From the human T2T-CHM13v2.0 reference genome, Homo sapiens, in NCBI RefSeq assembly GCF_009914755.1, contig NC_060941.1: a stretch of DNA of 64,000 nt; one strand, 5' to 3'. A program made the translations under genes and the position numbers. Positions 1 to 10,985 of this stretch are shown one piece after another. Every line of letters begins with the position of its first letter. Position 1 is the first letter of the stretch. The notes below the pieces were generated by a model that made no database searches, was not told where the DNA came from, and worked only from the letters and a program-made list of their open reading frames with translations.

Positions 1-110
1 CTTCTGCAGCTGTCAGCGGTCTCCCAATCTCACCAGCCCCACTTTGTCTTTAGGAATTTATTGATTATTCCAGCTTTACTTGTCATAGTGGTGTCTATTT
101 GCATCTGTCC
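1..110 (-). mobile_element. Possible very old L1 (L1M/L1ME-type) 3' fragment, antisense
   Basis: Weak resemblance ('tctcaccagc...tgtctttagg...tagtggtgtct...atttgcat') to the recalled antisense L1 3' motif 'cctcaccaacac...tagtggtatctcattg...atttgcatttc'. Short and highly diverged. Confidence 0.25.
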
Positions 111-250
111 TATGTAAGTGCATCTGTCCTCTTTCTCCTTGCAGGTGCAAGTACTCAGGAGTACACTATTGTTACTAATAACTCCGTATTGGTTTGTACA
201 TTGTCAAAGATCAAAGAACATTTTTAAAGATAAAAAAAATTCTTGGAGGT

Positions 251-870
251 TGTGTAATGAAGGGTTAATTCTGCAGACATGGCTTTCCAAAACCTTGCAC
301 ATTCCAAAGGTCTTCAGGACTGGCCCTTGACAGGCTCCTGGGAGATAATAACCTATGAGCCCTTGGTATATGTTGCCTGATGAGAGTCTTTGTATACCTG
401 AAAACGTAGGTCATATCAAATAGCTGATGCTAACAATGTGATTTCTTGTGAGCATCTGTTTCTGTATGCCTATGACTTTGTGTAATGCCATATGAATATG
501 ACCTCTTTTAGGGCATAGGGAGGTTGGCAACTAAGTAGCTAAGTTCAGTCACAGGACGCTCAATGCATATGTGGTGGAATCCTAATAAAAACCCTGGACT
601 CAAGACTGACTGAGCTTCCCTAGTTGGCAACAAGTTCACACATGTTGTCTCACACCATTGTAAAGAAAATTAGTCAGTGTGAAATCCCCACTATGAAAGG
701 ACACCTGTAAGCTCACATCTGGTTTGTCCTGGACTCAACTTTATGTGCTTTTATGCTTCTGATTATTTTAATCTGGTTTCTTTCACTGTTAGAAACTATA
801 ACCACAAAAAAATCAGCTTTCTTGGGTTATGCGAATCATTAAACCAAAGGGGGACTTGGGGACCCCCAAT
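251..870 (+). mobile_element. MER21-family (MER21A/B/C-like) solo LTR of an endogenous retrovirus
   Basis: Starts TGT. Contains MER21-like blocks in the expected order: 'aaaaccttgcacattccaaagg', 'ggactggcccttgacaggctcctgggagataa', 'atgctaacaatgtgattt', 'ctaataaaaaccctggac', 'tgagcttccctagttggcaa', 'gcgaatcattaaacc...cttggggaccccca'. Matched to recalled consensus; subfamily not resolved. Confidence 0.8.
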
Positions 871-889
871 AAAAAGTATATATATTCTT

Positions 890-901
890 AAAAAAAAAAA
901 A
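890..901 (+). repeat. Poly(A) tract, A12
   Basis: Directly visible between the two LTRs. Confidence 0.9.
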
Positions 902-934
902 GAAAACTGGCTACAGCAGATATTGCTGATGACT

Positions 935-1368
935 TGTCTTGTATGTCCTGGACTCAATGCGTTCACCTGAAATTCACCTGTTTCCAGCTAACTGAGTGCT
1001 CCCCACATCATGCCTGTCTTTCTGATTTTTGGGCCTGCCTGCAAGCTTCTTGAGGCTAACCAGTGCTTCTCAACCACACATAGGAACAAAGAAGGAGTTA
1101 GGGGTGGAGAGTTAATGATTCTAAGGCAATCCTTAAGCAATAATAGATGGGGATTCCAGCATCACCATCTCTTTGTAAAGTTAGTTTGAGACAATCTCCA
1201 TACCTCCATCATTACTGAGCACATAGCAGTAACTACTCATTCACACTGGCTTCATGTTCTGTTTCATTTTCTCCATTTCTGTGTTTTCTCACTCAATTTC
1301 TGATTAAAGTATCTGACCCCAGATATTTGTTTCATAGTCTATTTTTGAGGGAATCCAGAGCCAAGACA
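935..1368 (+). mobile_element. Degraded ERVL-class solo LTR (LTR33-like)
   Basis: TGTC...GACA termini, 434 bp. The 3' end 'attaaagtatctgaccccagatatttgtttcatagtctatttttgagggaatccagagccaagaca' parallels the LTR33/LTR16-type terminus 'aataaactacttgcac...tccttgtctcagggtctgcttctgggggaacccaaactaagaca'. Internal 'gagttaat...caatccttaagcaat' and 'cacatagcagtaact' blocks also fit. ATTAAA at 1303-1308 sits at the polyA-signal position. No target-site duplication seen. Confidence 0.55.
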
Positions 1369-1500
1369 ATAACAACGGGAGGTTTGCAATGAGGGAGGGT
1401 GAGTATAATCATCAGAAGGTTACCTACCTCACTGGGAACATGAAGGCCTGGAGAGCTTGCTGTTTCAATGAGAGAAACATGTTGAATCTCAGTTCAATAC

Positions 1501-1537
<37 letters not shown>
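1501..1537 (+). repeat. Compound microsatellite (AT)4(TG)15
   Basis: Perfect (TG)15 at 1508-1537 preceded by an AT run. Confidence 0.97.
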
Positions 1538-1538
<1 letters not shown>

Positions 1539-1931
1539 AATAAGACGTGCCCTTTACTTATATCAAAGGAAAGTGCTCTTTACCTCTCTTTGTTGTGTTT
1601 TTATCACTATTGCCTACACAAGCAGAATATCATACCCAGGATTTAAAGCCCTCTCTGCAGGATTTTCAAGCTCATGTTTTTATCATAAGTTACTCTGCTT
1701 CCATGTGTTTTAAATCTAATCCTCATTCCTCTGCTTTTACACCAGAGAATTCATCACTGACTTATTTTTGACTGACCTCCTTATAGAGCTGTCAAGTACA
1801 CAATTTCTGCTGTGACCTTTCTCTTAGAGTTCAGTCATATAGCCTCTCACTAGGTATCATTTCCTCTTATCTTTCCTAATAATAAATTGTCAGTTAAAAC
1901 TCAATATTTTTAAGATTGAGCTTACCATCTG

Positions 1932-1946
1932 CACACACACACACAC
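1932..1946 (+). repeat. (CA)7 microsatellite
   Basis: Directly visible. Confidence 0.9.
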
Positions 1947-2139
1947 CATTATTGGTGTACTCTCATAGCCTTGAAACACTAATGTCACGTTGATGTCTGC
2001 CTTTTCTCTCTCTGCTACCTCATTCCTCATCCTTAGATTATTCTAAAAGATTCAATTAGATCAAGTTGGCTAATTACATTTTTAAGATCCTCTCTAACCT
2101 TCCCAACATTTCGTTTAACAAAATTTAAAAATTTCTGGC

Positions 2140-2355
2140 AGGAGACTGTTGAAATCCCCATGGATGACTATGGTTTTACTATTTTACCTTTCAGTTTTAA
2201 TAGGTTTTATATTATGTATTTTGAAGTAATGCTATTGTGTGCATACATATTTCTTATTTACATGACTTCTTGGTGTATTTTCCCCTTTGTCATTTTGAAA
2301 TGTTATTCTTCATCCCCAGTGATATTTCCTCTTCTGGTGTCTTCTTTGCTCATCA
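2140..2355 (-). mobile_element. Ancient L1 (L1M-type) ORF2 endonuclease-region fragment, antisense, non-coding
   Basis: 'tgttgaaatcccca...tattttacctttcagttt...atgtattttgaag...tgtgcatacatattt...atgacttcttgg...cccctttgtcatt' follows the characteristic antisense L1 ORF2 EN sequence 'tgttgaagtctcc...tatttctcctttcagtt...atgtattttgaagc...ggtgcatacacattt...atgtcttcttgg...gacccctttatcatt' (recalled). Confidence 0.8.
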
Positions 2356-2374
2356 CAGTTTTAGGGGGTTTTGG

Positions 2375-2386
2375 TTTTTTTTTTTT
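2375..2386 (+). repeat. Poly(T) tract, T12
   Basis: Directly visible ~35 bp before the satellite junction. Confidence 0.9.
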
Positions 2387-5300
2387 CCTATTGTTTGGTT
2401 CAAGTAAGTTTCTTATAAATCTGTTCGATTCCATTTGATGATTCCATTTGATTCCATTCTAGGATTCCACTCGATTCCATTCGATGATGATTCTATTCAA
2501 TGATGATTCCATTAGAGTCCATTCGATGATTCCATTCGAGTACATTTGATGATTCCATCTGATTCCATTCAATGATGACACAATTCTAGTCCCTTCATTG
2601 ATTCCATTCAATTCCATTCTATGATGACTGCATTCGGTTCCATTCGATGATGATTCCAATGGATTCCATTTGATTTATCCATTCGATTCCATTCCTTGCT
2701 CGTTCCATTCAATTCCATTAGATTATGACTCCACTAGATTCCATTCAATGATGATTTCATTAGATTCTATTCGATGATGATCCATTTCGATTCTATTCAA
2801 TGATGATTCTATTTGATTCCGTTAAATAATTTCATTCGATTCCATTCGAAGATTCCATTTGATTCCATTTGATGGTGATTCCATTCATGTCCAATTGATT
2901 ATTCCATTCGATTCCATTCGATGATGATTCCATTTGAGTCCATTCGATGATTCCATTTGATTCCATGCAATGATGATTCCATTGAGTCCATTCGATGATT
3001 CCATTTGATTCCATTAGATGATGACTGCATTCGGTTCCATTCGATGATGATTCTAACGGACTCCATTCGAAGACTCCATTCGATTCCATTCATTGATGAT
3101 TCCATTCTATTCCATTTGATGATGATTCCTTTCTATTCCATTCGATGATGATTCCATTCAATTACATTTGATGATGATTGCATTCGATTCCATTCAATGA
3201 TGATTGCATTGGATTCCATTCGATGATTCCATTTGATTACATTCGATGATGATTCCTTTCGGGTCCATTCGGTGATTCCATTCTATTCCACTCGATGTTG
3301 TTTCCATTTGAGTCCATTCGATGATTCCATTCGTGTGCATTCCATGATTTCATTCGATTCCATTTGATGATGATTCCATTCGATTCCATTCGATGATTCC
3401 ATTTGATTTCATTCGATGATGATTACATTAGATTCCATTCGATGATTCCATTCTAGTCCATTCAATGATTCCATTCGTGTTCATTAAATGATTCCATTTG
3501 ATTCCATTCGATCATGACTCCATTCGAGTCCATTCAATGATGATTCCATTTGATTCCATTTGACGATTCTGTTGGATTCTATTCTTTGTTTTATTTTGAT
3601 TCGTTTTGATGATGATTCCATTCAGTTTCATTCGATGATCCCATTCGATCCGATTCGATGATGTTTCCATTCAATTCCATTTGAAGAAAATTGCATTCAA
3701 TTCCATTGATGATGATTCCATTTGATTCTATTCGATGCTGATTCTATTTGATTCCATTCGATGATGATTCCATTTGATTCCATTCGATGATTAAATTCGA
3801 TTCCATTCAATGAAGATTCCATTCGAGACCATTCGATGATTCCATTCAATTCCTTTCAATAATGATTCCATTCGAGTCCATTCGATGATTCTATTCAAGT
3901 CCATTCAATGATTCTATCTGATTCCATTCAACGAATCCATTTGATTCCATTCTATGATGATTCCATCCATTTCAATCCGATGATGATTCCATTCGATTCC
4001 ATTCAAGGATTCCATTCGATTCCATTTAATGATGATTCCAATCAATTCCATTCGATGATTCCATTCGAATCCATTCGATGATGAGTCCATCCATTTCAAT
4101 TTCATGATAATTCCATTCATTTCAATTTGATGGTGTTTCAATTCTATTCCATTCGATGTTGATTCCATTAGTTTCCATTGGATGATGATTCCATTCGAGT
4201 CAATTCGATGATGATCACATTCGATTTCATTCCATAATTCTATTCGATTCCATTCTATGATGAATCCATTCGATTCCATTCGATGATGACTCCATTCAAT
4301 TCCATTCATTGGTGATTCCATTCAATTCCATTCATTGATTCCATTCCATTCCATTCGACAATGATTCCATTCGATTCCATTCGATGATTCCACTCAATTC
4401 CACTTGAGGATGATTCCATTCGATTCCATTCGATGATTCCGTTTGATTCCATTTGATGATTATTGCCTTTGATTCCATTTGATGATTCTATTCAATTCCA
4501 TTCAATAATGATTCCGTTCGATTCCATTTCATAATTCCATTTGATTCTATTAAAGGATTCCATTCGATTCCATTCAAAGATGATTCCATTCGAATCCATT
4601 TGATGGATTCATTCGAGTCAATTCAATGATCCCATTCGAGTCCATTTGATGATTCCATTAGATTCCATTCAATGATGATTCCATTAGGGTCCATTTGATT
4701 ATTTCATTCGAGACCATTCCATAATTCCATTCAAGTCCATTTGATGTTTCCATTCGAGTCCATTCGATGATTCCATCCGATTCCATTTGATGATGATTCC
4801 ATTCGGGTTCATTTGATCATTCCATTCGATTCCATTTGATGATTCCATTTTAGTCCATTCGATTATTCCATTCAAGTCCATTCAGTTATTCCATTCAAGT
4901 CCATTCGATGACTCCATTCAATTCCATTCACTGATAATTGCATTCGAGTCCATTTGATGATGATTCCATTCAATTCCATTTGATGATTCCATTCGATTCC
5001 ATTCCATGATTCCTTTCGATTCCTTTCGATGATGATTCCATTCGATTCCATTTGATGATGACTGCATTCGTTTCCATTCGATGATGGTTCCTGCAGATTC
5101 CATTCGATTTCTCCATTCGATTCCATTCGTTGATGTTTCCATTCGATTCCATTACATGATGATTCCTTTAGATTCCATTCGATTGCATTTGATGATGATT
5201 CCATTTGATTCCATTCAATGATGATTCCATTCAATTCCATTCTATGATTCCATTCGTTTCCATTCGATGGTGATTCCATTCGTGTCCATTCGATGATTCC

Positions 5301-6599
5301 ATTCGATTTCATTCAATGATGATTCCATTCGAGTTCATTCAATGATTCCATTCAAGTCCATTTGAAGATTCCATTAGAGTCCATTCGATGATTCCATTTG
5401 ATTTCATTTGATGATGATTCCTTTCGATTCCATTCGATGATTCCATTCTAATCCATTCGATGATGATTCCATTCGAGTCCATTCGATGACTCCATTTAAG
5501 TCCATTCAATGATGATTCCATTCGATTTCATTTGATGATTCTATTTGATGATGATTCAATTCTATTACATTGGATGCTTCCATTCGATTCCATTTGATGA
5601 TGATTCCATTCGATTCCATTTGATGATGATTCCATTTGATTCCATTCGATTATTATTCCATTCAATTTCATTTGATGATGCTATTCGATTCCATTCGATG
5701 ATTCTATTCGATTCCATTCGATGATGTTTCAATTATATTCCATTGGATGATTCCTTTTTATTCCATTTGATGATGATTCCATTCGATTCCAAACTATGAT
5801 TATTCCATTCAATTACACTCGATTATGATTTCATTCGATTTCATTCGATGATTCTATTTGATTCCATTTGATGATGATACAATTCTATTCCATTGGATAA
5901 TTCCATTTGATTCCATTCGATGATGGTTCGATTTGATTCCTTTTGCGGATGATTCCATTTGATTGCATTCGATGAAGATTTCAATCGAGTCCATTCGTAG
6001 ATTCCATTCGATACCATTCGATGATGATTCCATTCCATTCCATTTGATGATTCCATTCGATACCGTTCGATGATGATTCCATTCAAGTCCATTCGATGAT
6101 TCCATTAGATTCCATTTGACAATGATTCCATTTGAGTCTATGTGATGATTCCATTCGATTCCATTTGATGAAGATTCCATTCGAGTCCATTCGAAGATTC
6201 CATATGATGATGATTCCACTCGAGTCCATTTGATTATTCCATTCGAGTCCATTCAATTATTCCCTTAGATTCCATTCATTGATGATGCTATTCGTTGCCA
6301 TTTGATGATTCCATTTGACTCCATTCAATGATGTTTCCATTCAAGTCCATTCAATGATTCCACTTGAGTCCATTCAATGACACCATTTGATTCAATTCAA
6401 TGATGATTCCATTAGAGTCCCTTCGGTGATGATTCCATTCGAGTCCATTCAATGATTCCATTCGGTTCCATTTGATGATGATTCCATGGGATTCCATTCG
6501 ATGAATCCATTTGATTCCACTTGTTGATGATTCCATTTGATACCGTTCGATGATGATTCCATTCAATTCTCTTAATTGATGATTCCAATAGATTCCATT

Positions 6600-7030
6600 C
6601 GATGATGATTCCATTCGACTCCATTCGATGGTGATTCCATTCGATTTCATTTGATGGTTCCATTCGATTCCTTTCAATGATGATCCCATTCGATTCCATT
6701 CGATGATTCCATTCGAATTCATTCGATGATGAGCCATTCAGTTCAATTCCATCATGATTCCATTTGATTCAATTCGATGATATTTCCATTCGACTCCATT
6801 TGATGATGATTCCATTTGATTTCATTCAATGGTTCCATTCGATTCCTTTCAATGATGATTCCATTCGATTCCATTTGATGATTCCATTTGATGCCATTCA
6901 ATGACGATTCCATCTGATTCCATTCGATGATTCCATTTGATTCCATTCGATGATGAGCCATTCAGTTCAATTCCATCATGATTCCATTTGATTCAATTCG
7001 ATGATATTTCCATTCGATTCCATTCGATGG
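6600..7030 (+). repeat. Local tandem duplication in HSat2 (offset 175 bp, then 224 bp)
   Basis: Rare variant 'gagccattcagttcaattccatcatgattcc' at 6731 and 6955; 'cgactccatt' at 6616 and 6791. Confidence 0.8.
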
Positions 7031-7575
7031 TGATTCCATTAGATTGAATTCAATGATGATTACATTTGAGTCCATTTGTTGATGATTCCATTTGAGTCCA
7101 TTCGTTGATGATTACTTTGGATTTCATATGATGCTTCTATTTGATTCCATTCAATGATGATTCCATCTCATTCCATTCGATGATTCACATTTGATTCTAT
7201 TCAGTGATGATTCCATTGGATGATTATTTCATTTGATTCCATTCGATGATGACTCCATTAGAGTCCATTCGATGATTCCATTCGTGTCCAATCGATGATT
7301 CCATTTGATTCCATTCGATGATGATTCCATTAGAGTCCACTCGATGAATCCATTCGATTCCATTTGATGATGATTCCATTCGAGTCAGTTAGATGATTCC
7401 ATATGATTCCATTCGATGATCTTTCCATTTGAGTACATTCAATGATTCCATTTGATTCCATTCGATGATGATTCCATTCGATTCCATTCAATGATGATTG
7501 CATTTGAGTTCATTCAATGATTCCCTTTTATTCCATTTGATGACGATTCCATTCGAGTCCATTCAGTGATTCCAT

Positions 7576-7790
7576 TTGATTCCATTTGATGATGATTCCA
7601 TTCGAGTCCATTCAATGATTACGTTCGATTCCATTCGATGACGATTCCATTCGAGTCCATTCGGTGATTCCGTGTGATTCCATTTGATGATGATTCCATT
7701 CGAGTCCATTCAATGATTACGTTCGATTCCATTCGATGACGATTCCATTCGAGTCCGTTCGGTGATTCCGTGTGATTCCATTTGATGCTG
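7576..7790 (+). repeat. 98-bp tandem duplication in HSat2
   Basis: 'ttacgttcgattcc...ggtgattccgtgtgattcc' starting at 7619 and 7717. Confidence 0.9.
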
Positions 7791-8661
7791 ATGCCATTCG
7801 AGCCATTTGATGATTCTATTTGAATCCATTTGATAATTGCTTTTGATTATATTCAATGATGATTTCATTCGAGTCCATTCAATAATTCCATTCAATTCCA
7901 TTCAATGATGATTCCCTTCAGGTCCATTAGATGATTCCATTCGATTACACTTGATGATGATTCCATTCGAGTCCATTCGATGATTCCACTCGATTCCATT
8001 CCCTGATGATTACTTTTGAGTCAATTCGATGATTCCACTCGATTCCATATGATGATGACTCCATTCGTTTCCTGTTGATGATTCAATTCTATTCCATTGA
8101 TGATTCCATTCGAGAACATTAGATGATTCCATTCAATTCCATTCAATGATGATGCTATTTGTGTGCTTTCAATGATTCCATTCGATTACATTCGATGATG
8201 ATTTCATTCTATTCAATCCAATGATGATTCCATTCATGTCCATTAGATGATTCCTTTTGATTCCATTCGATGTTGTTTCCATTTTTTTTCCATTCAGTGA
8301 TGATTCCATTCGGGTCCATTAGATGATTCCATTTGATTCCATTCGATGGTGATTCCATTATATTCCATTAAATGTTGATTCCATGCGAGTCCGTTAGATA
8401 ATTCCATTCAATTCCATACGATCATGACTCCATTCGATTCCATTTGATGATTCCATTCTATTCCATTAGATGATGATTCCATTCTACTCCATTCGATGAT
8501 GATTCCATTCTATTCAATCCAATGGTGATTCCATTTGGGTCCATTAGATGACTCCATTTGATTCCATTCGATTATGATTCCATTTTATTCCATTCAGTGA
8601 TGACTCTATTCGGGTCCGTTAGATGATTCCATTCGATGATGATTCCATTATTTTCCATTCG

Positions 8662-9500
8662 ATGATGATTCCGTTCGAGTACATTAGATGATTCCATTAG
8701 ATTCCATTCAATGTTGATGCTATTCGTGTCCATTAGATGATTCCATTCGATTCCATTCGATGATGATTCCATTCGAATCCATTCGATGATTCCATTGGAT
8801 TCCATTCTCTGATGATTACATTCAAATCCATTCGATGATTCCACTCGATTCCATACGATGAAGATTCTGTTCGATTCCATTTGATGATTCCATTCTATTC
8901 CATTAGATGATGATTCCATTCGAGTACATTAGATGATTCTATTAGATTCCATTCAATGTTGATGCTATTCGTGTCCATTAGATGATTCCATTCGATTCCA
9001 TTTGATGATGATTCCATTCGAATCCATTCGATGATTCCATTGGATTCCATTCTCTGATGATTACATTCAAATCCATTCGATGATTCCACTCGATTCCATA
9101 CGATGAAGATTCTGTTCGATTCCATTTGATGATTCCATTCTATTCCATTAGATGATGATTCCATTCGAGTACATTAGATGATTCCATTAGATTCCATTCA
9201 ATGTTGATGCTATTCGTGTCCATTAGATGATTCCATTCGATTCCATTCGATGATGATTCCATTCGAATCCATTCGATGATTACATTGGATTCCATTCTCT
9301 GATGATTACATTCAAATCCATTCAGTGATTCCACTCGATTCCATACGATGAAGATTCCATTCGATTCCATTTGATGATTCTATTCTATTCCATTAGATGA
9401 AGATTCCATTCGAGTACATTAGATGATTCCATTAGATTCCATTCAGTGTTGATGCTATTCGTGTCCATTAGATGATTCCATTCTATTCCATTCGATGATG
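8662..9500 (+). repeat. 245-bp tandem higher-order repeat, ~3.3 copies
   Basis: 'gagtacattagatg' at 8677, 8922, 9167 and 9412 (period 245). Copies 1 and 2 differ at 2 positions by my count. Confidence 0.95.
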
Positions 9501-10724
9501 AGTCCATTCTAGTCAATTCAATGGTGATTCCATTTGGGTCCATTAGATGATTCCATTCGATTCCATTTGATTATGATTCCATTTTATTCCATTCAATGAT
9601 GATTCCATTTGGGTCTGTTAGATGATTCCATTCGATGATGATTCCATTATTTTCCATAGGGTGATGATTCCATTCGAGTCCATTCGATGATTCCATTGGA
9701 TTCAATTCGATGGTGATTCCATTAGGGCCCATTCGATGATTCCATTCTACTCCATTCAATGATGATTCCACTCAATTCCATTCAATGATTCTATTTGAGT
9801 CCATTCAATGATTGCTTTCAATTCCATTCGATGATGATTCCATTCAATACCGTTCTATGATTCCATTTGATTCTGTTCGATGTTGATTCCATTCTATTCC
9901 ATTCGACGGTTCTATTCGATTCCATTTGATGATGATTCCATTTGATTACATTTTATTATGATTCCATTCTATCCCATTCGATGATTCCATTCAATTCCAT
10001 TCGATGATGATTCCATTTGAGTCCATTTGGTGATTCCTTTTGATTCTATTCTATGATGATTCCATTCGAGTCCATTCAATGGTGATTCCAGTCGATTCCA
10101 TTCAATGAGTCTATATGATTCCATTTGATGATGATTGCATTCGATTCCTTAGGATGATTCCATTCGAATCCATTCAAAGATGATACCATTCAATTCTATC
10201 TGATAATACCGTTCCTTTCCATTCGATGGTTCCAAAGGATTCCATTTGATGATGCTTCCATTTGAGTCCATTCGATGATCCCATTCAATTCCATTCGATG
10301 ATGATTCCATTCGAGTGCATTCGATGATTCCTATAGATTCCACTCCATGACGATTCCATTCAAGTCCATCCGATTACTCTATTCGATTCCATTATATAAT
10401 GATTCCAATCGAGTCCATTTTATGATTCGATTCAAGTCCATTTGATGATTCCATTCGAGTCCATTTGATGCTTCCATTCGATTCCTTTTGATGATTCCAT
10501 TCGAGTCCAATTGATGATTCCATTCAATTCCATTTGATGATGATTCTGTACGATTCCATTCCATGATGATTCCATGTGATTCCCTTCGATGATGATTCAT
10601 TTTTATTCCATTCGATTATGATTCATTTCGAGTTCATTTGATGATTTCACATGTTTCCATTCGATGTTGATTCCATTCGTGTCCATTTGATGATTCCATT
10701 TGAAACCATTTGATGAGGATTCCA

Positions 10725-10985
10725 TTCGATTCCATTCATTGGTGATTCCATTCAATTCCATTCAATGATTCCATTCCATTCCATTTGACAATGATTCCAT
10801 TAGATTCCATTCGATGATTACACTTGATTCCATTTGACAATGATTCCATTTGATTCCCTTCATTGGTGATTCCATTCAATTCCATTCAATGATTCCATTC
10901 CATTCCATTCAACAATGATTCCGTTAGATTCCATTTGATGATTCCACTTGATTCCATTTACGATGATTCCATTTGATTCCATTCA
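10725..10985 (+). repeat. 124-bp tandem duplication in HSat2
   Basis: 'cattggtgattccattcaattccattcaatgattccattccattcc' at 10737 and 10861. Confidence 0.85.

Noticed and set aside
100-145. GTAAGT...polypyrimidine...CAG|G resembling a mini-intron (114-144)
   Set aside because: 31 nt is below the practical minimum for human spliceosomal introns. It overlaps a small direct repeat (tgcatctgtcct at 100 and 119). The acceptor alone cannot be supported without transcript data.
251-1368. The two LTRs as the paired ends of one provirus
   Set aside because: They are from different families, are not similar to each other, and lie only ~65 bp apart with no internal gag/pol sequence.
118-1771. Short + strand ORFs in the flank (118-330, 743-970, 1389-1646, 1507-1713, 1547-1771)
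   Set aside because: They run through LTR remnants, a poly(A) tract or the (TG)n microsatellite (VCVCVC). They are under 90 aa with no recognisable homology.
2160-2438. 92-aa hydrophobic ORF resembling a small membrane protein
   Set aside because: It is the antisense reading of a T-rich L1 fragment plus a T12 tract. The hydrophobicity comes from T-rich codons.
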